Source: Dimorphilus gyrociliatus (lineage: Eukaryota > Animalia > Annelida). From it: a DNA stretch of 64,000 bases. The stretch spans positions 3,281,891-3,345,890 of the forward strand of contig CAJFCJ010000002.1 in NCBI GenBank assembly GCA_904063045.1. The letters run 5' to 3'. Within the stretch, counting starts at the first letter, position 1. Each line of letters starts with the position of its first letter. The position numbers were made by a program, and so were the translations under genes. The notes under the pieces were generated by a model. It saw only the letters and a list, made by a program, of their open reading frames with translations. It was not told the DNA's origin and did no database searches. This document shows positions 1-14,012 of this stretch, piece after piece.

Positions 1-2658
1 AATTTATAACTAAATATCGAAGAGTTATAAGCTACCTCTTCTTTTCCTTTTCTTTCCCTTTTTAGTGTTTTATTATAGTAATAAGGGACATATTGTTTTT
101 TCATTGTGTCTCCATTGTCTCATTATTACCGATTATGAGTCGAAAGTAATTTCTAATTCATTCAAGCTATTGTTGGCCTTTCACAAGTTGTGAGAAAATC
201 ATAGATTCAAAAAGCTCAGCGTATAGAATTAGATAATGTAAAAATCATCTAAATACCAGTCAATTTTTTCAACTATAATCCCTTTCGTAAAAAACCTAAT
301 TAAAGTTTGTCAAGGGTCAATAAGCGCTTTGTTCTTCGTTTTTCCTGCGTAGACAGCTAAGGGTAAATATACGTTGTCTCGCAGACTGCTACTTACGATG
401 CCATAAAGAGAAAAACCAATACATAGCATCCTTTGTTATATAAATAAAGTTCAAAGAGGGTTAAGCTGCCGAATATAGTCTTTGTATTTTAGCGTTAACG
501 CATCCGTGTTCTTTCTTTGTTTCTCTGTCACTTTCAATTTTTCTCTTTTTCCAATTAATTGCACTATGTCAGCTTATTTAAAAAAAGGAAAATCAAATAT
601 TTCTAAAAATAGACTGATAAAACGATGTATATAGTGAAATAGCGCACAGATTTCTAGAAAACTTATATAACTGCATAAACCATATGATAAATGTTATATT
701 ACATTATATATCTCGTTTTTTGTTTCTTTGTCAAAAGGGAGATTAAGTTGTAACCGAAATAGGACTTTGTCATAAACTGGATATGAGTGACCTACAATGA
801 AAGTGTTTATGCCTTCTAGGCTTATTATTTCATTCTGAAAATTGTAATAAGCAAAGCCGTACTGAGGGGACGTAATTATCAAGAAAAGAAATTCTTCATT
901 GCCCGAGAGAAATTATACTTTCTTTTGTTTGTCAAAGAAGGGTCTGTGTCTCCAAGTACAAAACGTAATTATCAATATACTTTTTCTCTACTGTATATCA
1001 TAATAAGACTGTAATTGAGATATCAAATTGCTTTTTCATAGCTGATGTTAAAATCAACATTTTTCTTAAACGATTCGATATAACTAGAAGAGTTCATAAG
1101 GGAGAAGGGAGTAAAGTAGACAATCAATATCAGACCTAGAATGTAAGTGATAGGTTGACTGTGGCTCAGATGAGAATCTGATACAAGAAATGATTTACAA
1201 TTTCAATTTTCACCACGTAAATGAATCTCTAGATATGAGCTTAAATTTCCAAGAAACCGCATATAAAATACAGGCCTGAGGAATTTTTTTTGTTTTATTC
1301 ATGCAAGTATTTCGTTGGTGGCTCTATGAAACAGATTCTGTTTGTTCCGCAAGAACAATTATCAGATATATGTCATGACTCATCTTTTGTTTGTCACGAG
1401 CTATATAGGGAATACGAGCAACACCTAACATATTGTTTGTTCCGTTTCAGGGGGAGTGAAAAGCGTTATAGGCCTATTAAGGGACAGTTCGATATCGAGT
1501 TTCTTTTTTGCGGTAAATATTGAACTGTATTGAACAAACACGACAAACTAACTCGTATAAAAAATATACTGACTAGTAACAGCGTTTTTGGCCATTTAGA
1601 AAGATAAAATACATTTCTTCAAAATAAACAACAAAACACAGTGTATAGGCTGTGTCAAAAAAGTTTGTCAATTATTTTGATAATGAAAAATGAATTTCGA
1701 ATATTGTTTGCAAAAGTTTTTTTTTGTTTTGTTTTATCCTGCAGCAAATCGTCTAGTAGAAATAAAAAGCACTACATTGAATTATTGTAGTTTTGTACTA
1801 CAGCATTATGAAAGCACCAATGTTTATAAATAAAAATCGACTACATCTAGGCCTGTAAATTGTGGAGACATAAGAAGAAGTTTGTCAAAAAGATTCTAAA
1901 AATAAAACAGATCTACGTAAATGACGCTACTGACCCAAAATTCAGATGACAAGGCTAATGGAAACATATTAAATAGTTTAAGTGGTTTAAACCATGTCAT
2001 TCGAATTGTAATCAGCTAATTTTTTGGTTAATTGGAAAAGTTGTTTGTCATGACAACAGTGTTACGAGTTACATTGCTTTTTATGAGCTCTAATTTGGTC
2101 TTTTGTTTATAAATGCCAGTCCTGGTGAGAGCAAAGCTGTTTTGATAAGATAGATAAAAGTTAGATAAATGAAAAAAATCAATATACGATAGAAAAGTCA
2201 CGTGACCACCCCACCACCACCATAGACTGACATTAGGAAGCCAAGACAACGATTGATCTGCACACCGAATAAAATCTAACGTCTTTAAAAATATTTTTAT
2301 TTCTTACTTTCTCATATAATATACATTTAATACATGTATGATAGATGATATGCTAAAATGATATATATGTATATATTTGTATATATATATATAGGTATGC
2401 ATATATACATGCAAAAAAAGGAAAAAAAACTAGAAATATATTAAAATACAATACGAGTTTTAAAACATTATGCACGTTTTTTTGATTTAGTCCTTGACGA
2501 TTTGCGTTTTTAATAATAAAAATATTATAAGAATAATCTAGATATGCAAAATAAGATACGTTTTGATTGACAATCGAGACTAGAATTTTTGAAATAATAA
2601 AGAAATATTCGCTACGAAACTGACACATTTTTTATGATTTTTCCTCATATGTTTAATC

Positions 2659-2685
2659 TATATATATATATATATATATATATAT
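2659..2685. repeat. (TA)n microsatellite
   Basis: Direct reading; further TA-rich tracts at about 2870-2905 and 3210-3360. Confidence 0.9.
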
Positions 2686-5413
2686 TTTCCCTCTATCGCA
2701 GCGATCAAGACTTTTCCTCTTTTTTTTAATAAAAGATTAATAAATTAAAAAAAAAATGACTAGACGCGAAGAAAAATGCGCTTATCCTTTGTCTTTTTCA
2801 GTATATACAGGCTATATACATTTAAAATTTTAATACGTATCTTTATATATAAATTTATATAAAGATAAATATATATATATGCAATATATATATATATATT
2901 TATATAAATCAACAAGCAAAAAAAAGAAGGGATAACTCTGTCGCCACTTTTGTTGTTTTGTTTTTAAAAGTCCCCAAAAGTAAAAAAATAATTCCTTTTC
3001 TAGTATTTTTACATAATAACAGCGTCAGCTCCGAAACGAAAAATGTAACAGTTGAGCACGGAATTAGTAGAGAGGGACTCTTCCCAATTAGTTTTTTCAA
3101 GGGTCAATCCGAAGGCACGCCGATTTAAAAAAAAATTGTCTTTTTTGTTTTCATCCCATCTTCTTTTTTACATGAAAATAGGGATAAAGCAATCTGTTGA
3201 AGTTTACGTATACATATATATATATATAAATATATATAAATACGCAAATGAATAAATAAATACGTATACAAATATATAAATATATTTATATATATAAATA
3301 TATAAAAAGTATATATATATATATATACATATATATATTTAGATATTTATATAAATATATAGTAATATAGTAACGGAACAACATTGCCTTTCGGTTTCAC
3401 CCAAAAACAAAACAATAGTCACAACACAATTTGGTCAATTGTTATTAATAATTTTTTTAGGATTGAACGATTATTTTCACAGTCTGCATTTGTTCGTCGC
3501 GTACAACATCAAAGAGAGTGAAGAGTCCTAGGAAATACTTTTGTTTTTTTTTTTTTCAAAAAAAAAAAAAAAGAAAAAAACTGAACACTGTACAAATCTA
3601 GCTCAACAATCAACAAAAAAAAGTAAAAAAAAAAGAGACTGGCAAAATTTCAGAACACGCTTAGTTTAAAAATAAAAGGAATGTAGTTTTATGTTTTTTG
3701 TAATTGATTTTTTTTTTGGCGTGGTCCAGCGACAGAATGACCTACAGTGACCTAACTCTACTAAAAATTTTTTTAGGCTGTGACCTTTTGAGATTCTTGA
3801 CGACACATTGTAGCACAACAGAAAAGCTTACATTTTGTTTAGACACGAGATGGAGTAGCCTGTAGAGGGGGCTTGTGCTCTGCCGAAATAAAAAAAATAA
3901 GTTTAGTTAAGTAATTTTGGAAATCTTGAAAGATTTTTTTTTTTTGTGGATTTAATCGCCATTTTTTTCCCTTAAACAATACCTAGTCAAAATGGACACT
4001 GGGGGGGAATAACTATCAATACGACGCATGCGCATTAAGAATACATTATATTACTTCTGAACTAGAAATCCATCCCTTAAAAAACAGCTGTGATTTCCCT
4101 TAAATTCAATTTTCATACAATATATCCCTATTGATATATATGTATATATTTATAGACTAATACAGTATATAAAAGTATAATATATTAAAGAAACTTTATT
4201 TAACAGCTTGTTTCTTCTTTCAGCATATGGATATGCATATGAAGAGAGAAAGGGTTTTCTAAAAGAGAAAAATCCCTCGACTTCCAATAATCAATTAATA
4301 TAAAAAAAAAATCTAGACGTAATTCCTTTCGTCACTAGTCCCATAATTATTATCATCAATATCAAATAGCAACATAAATCCGTCTACCATCAAATTAAAA
4401 ATAATTATTCATTTAAATATTTTGATTTAGCTATTGATATTTATGAATTGAGGAGATTTAAAACAAATTTACTAATAGATACATATACATAATATACATT
4501 TATATAAGTATAAAATTATCAATTTTTTTTCATACTCTTTATAAGAAATATGGAATTTTTACTTGTCACAGCATCAATTAGCAACAAGTACCAACATATT
4601 TTAATGATTAACAAATGTTAACGGTTTTTTTATTGCTATAAAATCTCTTAGCAATATGCAAGAGAAGGCTTTCAAGCGTATATATAAATTATATATAACT
4701 TAATTATTATTTCTTTATTTTCAAACCAGTTAATAATAGAGGAACAATGGCAACCTGTCAAGTTCTACGTAATACTAGAAAAAAAAAAGGACGAGTATTA
4801 AACTGGTAATTCACGTGTTGCATTTAACTCGTGGAAAAGATATTTTTTCTTTAAAAAAAAGAGTAAAGTAGCAGTCGTGTTTTATCCTTTTAGTAGAGGC
4901 ATAAAAGGAAATGTATAAAAGGAGAAAAGCCAGAAAATTTGGCCTATAATACTGCGGTCCTGTTCTTTTTAAGTTAACTTGCTTACCGAACTAAAGAGGG
5001 TTGTACCATTAGCGGAATATTTTGTCAGCTCTGCCACTTTTTCTGTTATAATCTTAGTATTCAATTATAATTATTAACTTGCTATGGGTTATATTTTAAT
5101 TTATCACACTTGGGATTTAATTCAGGATAAGGTTACAAAATCTGCTTGATATTTAAAGAGCGATTCTTTTGAAGACCTTTTAATAATAGATGAAGCCGTT
5201 AAAACGTGTTCAGAATCCATCCCCCGGGCTTTGTAATCTAAGGGTTAGGCTTTCCGTCTTAACGATTTTAGCCGTCTTAAGATATATAGTTCAAAATTTT
5301 GCAATCCACTAGATTAGGTTCCCCAAAGGCGATTAAAACACTAAAAAAAGTGAAAAAAGCTTACCAATATTATGTCGTAATCAAATGAAGATAAGAAAAT
5401 GAGATAGGCGTCT

Positions 5414-8400
5414 TTAATAGGGACGATTAGCGTCCTTAGGCCTCTTCAACTGCACCTTAAGTCTTTTCATTCCGATCTGAAATCCGTTCATTGCCTGTAT
5501 AGCCGCTTGAGCGCTAGCAGGATTATCGAAGCTAACGAATCCAAAACATTTCGACTGATTCGTAGCTCTATCCACATAGACTTTAGCCGAAATAACAGTA
5601 CCAAATGGCATAAACATCTGAGCTAATTCAGCGTCTCCAAATTCTTGAGGTAAATGATAAATAAATAGATTACAACCATCCGGACCAGTTAGAACAACTT
5701 CCTTTTGGGCATTTGGTAGAACAGTACCCAATGCCTGCAGCTGACCGTATGCCAAGGCTGCCGCACTAATGGGATAAGCGGCGGGGACGCTTTGTATGGT
5801 GTAAGCCTGTTGTAGGGCATCCAATTGTGTAACAGCTCCGTTATAGATGTCTTGGCCTTGGGCAACTGGTAGTGCCGCGACAGTGGGCGACAACATTGTC
5901 GGTGCAGCCCCATTAACTGTGGCCGAGGTTGTTGGTGTAGTGGCGGCTGTTAAGCCGTTTGGCGCTGTGGCAGCTAAAGGATGAGATGCGGCTAAGACGG
6001 CTGGGTTGGTAAGGTAAGTTCCTTGAGCAGCCGCCATTAAAGCCGCCTGTTGTTGTATCAAAGGCGAACCAGTAGAATAACAGTAGGCCGAAGTTAAAGG
6101 CAAACTCAATGGCGAAAGCAGACCTATCGGATTAAGAAAAAAGAACTACTTATAAAAGAGAGACTGATAACAATTTGTTTAAAAAAAAAAAACACTGACT
6201 ACACCAGTACGTTACTGCAATCAAATTTTTTTCTCACATTTCTATAATATCGAAAAGGTGAATTAAATATAACTTTTTTTTTGTAGGATTACGTAGATAT
6301 TAAAAATTATATAACTAAGCAATCTTTGATACTGATGGACTTTCGTATCGCGTTAACAAATTAAGTAACTACACAGAATAGGCCTAGTTATTCTATATTT
6401 TAGAATTATTTTAACGCGTTAGAAAAATAATAATTATTATGTTAACAAAAAGTTCATTGATTTTATAAAGTTTTATGAATAAAATTTTTTAATCTGGCGG
6501 ACGAAATTGTCAGTCTAATAGTAATAAATTGGTTTGTTTTAAATTTTTGAAAAATAAATTCGTTTTAACCCCTACCTAGTGGTCCAGCCGTCATCTGCTG
6601 CATGCGTCTAATTTGGCGTTCTTTCTCCGTATCGGCTAGTTTTACTACTAAGCTGCTAGAGGCTCCCGGCATCGTCTGACTTCCATGAAGAGCATTTATA
6701 GCAGCTTGGGCCTCCGACGCTCCCCCGAATTTTACGAAGGCGCAACCTGACCGATACAAAGGAAAAATAACGGAGGAAAAGGGAAGGAAAAAAAAAAAAA
6801 GAAAATCGATAGCGTCTTTATCGATCCGCAACGCCACCTAGGCGTCTAATTAATTATTCACCTTTACTATTTCCGTTCTGATCCCTCAAAATCGTACACT
6901 CTTCAATCGAGCCGAATGGCTGGAACAATTGGCGCACATCTTCTTCAGTTTGTTGCTTATTGAGCATGCCGACGAACAATTTTCGGTCCTCTGTTCCATT
7001 GATCGAACAAAGAAAAGCAAGTTATTAAGGGACATCTGTCATCGCCAATATTATACTAAAGTGTAACACTCTAGGCCCCAAAAGGTTGGGTTAATATGCG
7101 GTACAATAGCAGTAGTCTTGTTCAGTAGGCCTTTGAAATTTGGCGACCGGCGTCAAAACAGATGTTGAGCATTTTCAATATGGCCGACTGATTAATATTG
7201 AAGATAAGCGTTACCTGCTCCGTGCACCATTGTTTAAGGCGTCGAAAATGTGAACAAAAGGAGGAACTTCCGGTGAGAGACGACGACGACGAAAGAAAGA
7301 ATACGAGACAACACCGACGGTTCTACGACTAACTGCCTGCTAGATCGCCGTTATCCCGCTCTTATGCATATTTATGACCTGTCACATGACTAAATCTAGC
7401 CAATCCTAGTGCTAAATTTTCGCGCCGTCGGTACGAAAGGGTCATCGATTATCGGCGACAAAGAAAGACACAAGAAACAGCAAAAAAAAATACGTATAAA
7501 ATGAACTCACTGACATCTTACTCTTAACGAGTCAGTTCGTTAACGACACATTATAATGTCTTACCTGCTCTACTCTCCGAATCGGCTGGCTTAACTTGAA
7601 TGGGACGGTTCATCTGAAAAAAATGAGAAAAAAATTTAGACGCTTCCGGTTCCGGTTATTGGTAGAAAGCCTTACTCTATCGATCCGCGGATCAGCGCTA
7701 TGCACGATCATAATGATTAATAGACGTCTAAAAACACGCTATGCCGAGTGAACGCCGCCGATTCTCGTGTAAAAATGGCGTCGAAACGACGGCTAGGGGC
7801 GCATCGCTCAGTCAAGACAGCTTTTTTCAGCCTACTTTTTCATATGCAGGTATACATATGGGCGTACTCAGCTGGACAGAAACGCCGTTTTCCCCGAGAG
7901 AGTTTTGTAGTAAGAACTTTAGATATTGTGGCGCCTCCAGTAATACATTTAACATTTAGTCAAAAAAAAAAATCCTCTTGCCAGAGAAGAAAAAAATATC
8001 AACCATAATATACAAATATATATAGTGTATATATATATATAAATACTCATTTAAAACGTATGCAATATTTTTGGCAAATACTTACAAACTGTATAAAAAT
8101 ACCAGATGTCTAGAATATACAAAAGGTAAAGGGATACGTACTGTATACGTAGAGACACATTTATATCTTTAATATATATATAATGTATGTCATTTTAAAA
8201 TCATAAGATATAAATGAAATATATTAGAATTCTATAAATAATTAAAAAAAAAGAAAATCTTCCATCAATTTTAAAGTACCCACATCTAAACCATCAATAA
8301 ACTTTTAAAAAAAGAAAAATTATGACAGGTAATTTTTTTAAGTATAAATTTTTACCTGCAGTTTTTTAATTACCTTATTCTAATAAGATATTTTATTAAT

Positions 8401-11400
8401 AGTTACAAGTTATAGGGCAAGAATTGCCCACAATATGCTACTGTATGTATTGTATATACATTTTACTAAACAGTATTTTTGACGAATTTAAATGTACTTA
8501 AACTTTAAATAGATGTGTAACTCGAGAAACAAATAAGTAAATACTTTAGAATGAGGGTGAGAGAGAAAGAGAGAAAGAGAGAAAGAATATTGTGAATATT
8601 TATCGAAATATCTCCTGTATAAAGTGTTTAAAAGATATACTATAGAATTTTATATAAAAATTCTAAATTAATATTTTATCAATTCTTGTTTGTCTTCTTT
8701 ACAATATTTCTCTAGTAAACTGGGAATGAAATTAACATTTTCTGTTATTTCTTTATGATTTTTATAAATTTATTCTTAAAATTAATATTACTACTATGGG
8801 GATGAAGAAGATGTTTTCTTTAAATCTCTTATTAATTTATTACATTAGAAATCAAACATAACAAAGAGAATTGCAAGAATCAATTGTCAGAAGCACCTAT
8901 TGCTATCCTATATATTTGTTGTACTATACACCACTCAATTCTAAAACAAAAGAACACATAGATCGGCAGCTCAAGAACCTTTTTCATCGACTGCTACCTC
9001 TTTTACGACTCCAATTCAATATTCTTTTGGAAAGTCGTAGTTAATTTGAGCGGAAAATTATGTGACATAGTTTGTTTACAAAATTGCATCTGCATGACGT
9101 AACAGTAAAATAATGAATGCTTTTCCCCTTTTTCTTATTTTTTATTTTCTTTTTCTCTATCTTTTTTCCTGCTTACCACCCCTCCCACCTTCGCCTTTGC
9201 CCCCCATCCCAATCTGCTCCTTCCCCCCGCCCTCTTTCTTTCTTTCTTTCCTTTCCTTTCCTTTCCTTTACTTTCTCTCTTTCTCTCTCTCTCTCGCTCT
9301 CTTTATGTATTATTTTTTCTTAGTAACTGTTTGCCACCTAAAATTTCCTTCAGAAAATGAGGCTATACAATAATGTTTGCTTTCGTAATTTGTAAACAAA
9401 TACAATGTAACATTTTTTTAATTTAACCCTAAATAAGATAAAGTATAAGTCTCTAATTCCGATGACATTTTTCTCTCATTTCAGCGCCGAGTATCAACAA
9501 AGGTCTCAATTAACAGAAATATACGGAATAACTATTAAAAATGTTTACATTTTGCAAACTTATATTCTTAGTCTTGTATAAATTTACATTTCCATATGAT
9601 CTCCCTTTTTTTCCAGCTTATTTTTTCTTTTCTTTTTTTTATCACGATGTGGAGGGCTCTACTCCTAATCCTTATGACATTTTCCTCATAGATTTTGATT
9701 AATTATATGTGGGCGGTCCATGTATTCTTTTGTCAGAGGGTCAATAACATCCATTAGCGGATTTTTGCTCTCTCTACGCTTTCTCACGACTCGTCACCTC
9801 TTGTTTATTATAAGTATTCGTCGTGTTTGCTTTTTTTTCTAAATCTTATCTCTACCATTAATATTTTTTTTAATCTTTGCATTAGTTAAGACAGGGAAAT
9901 GAAAGCTAATTCTTAGGTACCGGTGTTTTTAGGAAGAGCACATCTGCTTATCTAGGATATGAGTATTTCTCCTTTAAAGATGGAGTAATTAGCCTACGAA
10001 AAACATGAGACCTAGTAATTAAAAAAATGCTATATCGTTTGACAACATTTTGAACGATTGTCTTTTCACGCAGACGATTCGCTAAGGAAAATTAATAAAG
10101 ATTGTGACATATTTATCGGCTACGTAACCCATGAGAGACGACTATATCGGCCTATTGATTATCGATCACGAAGGAAAAAATGTGTTACTATAGATACGTA
10201 ATAAAGATGGCGCTTAAAAAAAAAACAATAGCACTTTACTAGGGAAAATGTCGAAGAGAGGCTTATTGTCGACGCCCTATTCGTTTGTCGTCATGGCGAC
10301 GCCTCTTTTACGCGGCAACAAGTGACGTTATCGATTATTCCGAAATCACGGTCGACGCCTCTTTTCACTTATAAAACGAGTCCACGCGCATTTTTATCTC
10401 AACGCTTTTTTTTATATAAGGACGACGCTTCCCAACAAAAAAATCGAACGACAAACGCTTCAGCGAAATCGATAGATGCCTTGTGTAAACAATTTTTAGG
10501 CGACGGTGATCGGTCGCTAGGGGGCATTTGGTTGGCGTTGTTTTCAATGTTTTTCTCGATAGTAAAAATTTGTCACATTAATCCACACTATCGCCATCTA
10601 GTGATCGAATTAAAGCCCAGGGCAAATTGTATGACTTTTATATTTTTCTATCAATTTATACTTTATTGAAAGAATACATGCGACCGTAAATTATTTAGTA
10701 GAATGTATTATAAAGGTATTCTGGAAACGCAATTATACGATAATTCATAATGGATATCTTTAGCGATTAAATAAACGTTTACAATTATTACTGTTAAATA
10801 GACAGAGAATACTTACTTGAATAAACTGAATAATGAATCAATTTAGAATAAGATAATAGTAAACAAAGTAGTACACAAATTTTCTTTTATATCACTAATA
10901 CCAATCTTGGTGTCTACTTGCTTTAAAGACAAAGTAAAACTTTTGAGTCTCTGGTAGCCGGGATTGTCTAAAAATACTTGTAGCGTCTCCTCTTCCACTA
11001 CAACGCCGCCGTATTACTAGTCTACAGATTATTGCGTAAGGTAATATATTGCATTTACGTACCTACTTTCACAAAATACATCAATTAGTCAATGTAATTA
11101 ATTCTAAGATCTCGCAGACATTAACAGTATATAGAGAAAAAGATAAGAGTAAATTCCTTATATGACTAGATTATACGCTAAAGACAAAAGTAATACGTAA
11201 AGTGTAGAGTGTATACTATTTCTTCAAACACTTTTCAATCCCTATTTTCATAGGTAAAGCATATGCCAAAGATTAATCTGGCGTAAAATATCTTACTTTA
11301 TACTACTTATGCTTTGTTTGTTTGTTTCTATTTTTAAAGGATTTTACTGGAGAATTTTTCGTTTTACTTGGAAAAATGTAACAAAAAGGAAAAAAAGTTA

Positions 11401-12695
11401 TATTCGAATTTGTTATTATCTAAATTACTGAGAGAAAACACACGAATTAGAATTATACAGTATTAGAGCAACTATTAAAGTTACACCTTAATTACAAGTA
11501 AATGGACTCTTGGCCAATTTTCTCAAAACCAATTATTTCTTTAGAGAAACCACAGCTAGTTTCTCTCTTTAATCTTGAAAGAAGAGTGATAACAAAATCA
11601 TCTTAATCTATTTGAGACTTTATTCAATTAATTAAACTTGATATTTATTGTTAAAACTTCTATTAAGTCTATTGTAAAGAATAATAAATATAAATAAGAA
11701 TTTATATATGAATTCCTAAAAATATAAAACCAATAATTGGAATTTAATCCATACTGTTTAAATCTGTAAACTATTTAATCTAAACAAGATTATATATATA
11801 TATATATATATTTATACATGTTCGGTTATTATTTAATTTTCAAAGTGTATATATAAGCATATAGTATATAAAAGTATATATACAAATGTATTCAGGCTTA
11901 TTTGTATACGGTATATAGACATCATGCTTAAGCTATATTTTCTCGTTTTACAATAATTATATATACCTTTAATTACTAAAACACAGACAAATTTTTAATT
12001 ATGTATTCCCTGAATTTATACTCTTTTTTATCTTTCGCAGTATTTATTTACAAATAGGACCTAAATACTAAATATATATATATATATATATATATATACT
12101 ATTCTTTAATCCTTTTCATCCTCTATTTATCCCTATACAAAAGCTCATAATTCTTGTGCACAATGATTTTGTTGCAGCTTACTTTATGTAAAAATATATA
12201 TATACAGTATACAATATTATATCTATCTAAATATTATTATAAATATACTATGTATACATGCATTTCATTTAATTTTATACATGGCTCTTCTCTATTATAT
12301 ACATATCGGTATCTTTTATTTTTGCTATTTTAAATCGATTATATAAACTCTATTAACCGTATCTTTAAATATTTACAAACATATTACATCTCAGAAAAAT
12401 GTAAGAAGCTACACTTAATCGTTCTTCAAAGCTTACAAGCACTTCTCCATTGACAAACTATAGAGTTAACTCGAAAAAAACGACATAAAAAAGCTATCAG
12501 ATTTCACAAGCATCTCCATGGAAACGGAAGCACTATTACAAGTTTGAGCATGAAAGTCGACGCACCTGTAATATTTTGTCGGCTGAAGGATGCCTCGTTG
12601 TCATAGAAACGTATTGGAAAAGGAAATCTCTTCCCCCTCTCTCTCTGGCTGTCTCTCTTTCTGTCGTTCTGTGTGTCTGTCTTCCTCTCTCTCTC

Positions 12696-12762
<67 letters not shown>

Positions 12763-13931
12763 CTCGCACTCTCTCTCTTTTTGTCTTTCTCATTCTTATT
12801 CTCTTTCTCTTCTCGTCCTCTTTTTTTTTCTCTAAAGCCTGTCTTTAGGTCTCTTTAACACTTATCTTTTCACCTTCGCTTTTTTTTTTCTTGTTTTTAA
12901 GTATAATTATATATTTCTAGTAAAAAGCATTGGGATAAAATCTTATGACAAGTCAATTTATTAAGAGCGTTTCCAATAACTCGTAGATGTTTGTAACGGT
13001 AGATAATTGCATCTTTTTGGGTGTTGTACATGATTTCTATGGTAACGGTTCTGTGCTCCGGGCATTGTTGGGTGAGGCGACAGTAATTAGTAGTAGCATT
13101 TTTTCTACACCTGGTACAAGAAGAGCCTTTTTAACAGCAACAATGTGCACAAACTAACTGTATTTTCATCTCATATTTTAATACGCTGTACATTACGTAT
13201 ATTAGTGGATGTTATCCGAGGAGAAAATCGTGTTGTGACTTTGCATGCTATCGCGTGTGAAATTAAAATCTGTGCTCTTTGTCTTTATAGTTCAAGTTAG
13301 GGTCATGAAACTGTATTTTCTCCATATTTCATATTGAAATCTCCCATTTTTTACGAGCTGCTTTATTTTCTTTTTCTAGCATATTTTACGTTTAGATATT
13401 TTACTAAGAGTTTCATAACCAATTTTCTCAGAATAAATTTATTGGAAAAATATTAGATAGACCATTATAACGGAGTATAAAGCTGCAATTCACAATCTGT
13501 ACGGATCGGTGAATAATCTATAATAATACTCTTTAGCATGAAGCCTTCCTAATATTTGATATAAGAACTCATAAAGTCCAAAACCTTAAAATTACATCAA
13601 TAATAGTGGAGTACTACTCTAATGCTTTACAATAGACAAATAAAATATACAATGTATCTTTATATAATTTTTAAGTTACATAATAAAGATCATTAGAGTA
13701 TGTATGAAGTAAACAAGGTATTATAATGTTTAATTCAACTCAACGCTGTTAATGTAAACATACTATATGGGTAACTAAATATATGTTTACATGTGCACTT
13801 GTTGAGTGGGAAAATGAGGGATAGGAAGAGAAATGAGGAAAATAAATAAAGAGAGAAAGAGAAAGAGACGGAAAAAGCGAAAGGGAGACTGATAGAGAGA
13901 AAGAGGGAGGGAGGTAGGTAGGAAGGGAGAG

Positions 13932-14012
<81 letters not shown>

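Noticed and set aside
5690-5710. Four-residue VVLT insertion before CELF RRM3 ([11 protein letters not shown] versus vertebrate QREGPEG)
   Set aside because: Too short to be an intron, and from memory short insertions at this position occur in other invertebrate CELF3-6 proteins; not treated as novel.
6747-6861. ORF 6565-6837 running into CELF intron 4 (possible intron retention)
   Set aside because: The intron is 115 nt (not a multiple of 3), the ORF start is GTG, and the FFFF run is the polypyrimidine tract.
9113-9373. Two hydrophobic/Pro-rich ORFs
   Set aside because: They come from a pyrimidine-rich low-complexity tract; no splice or homology support.
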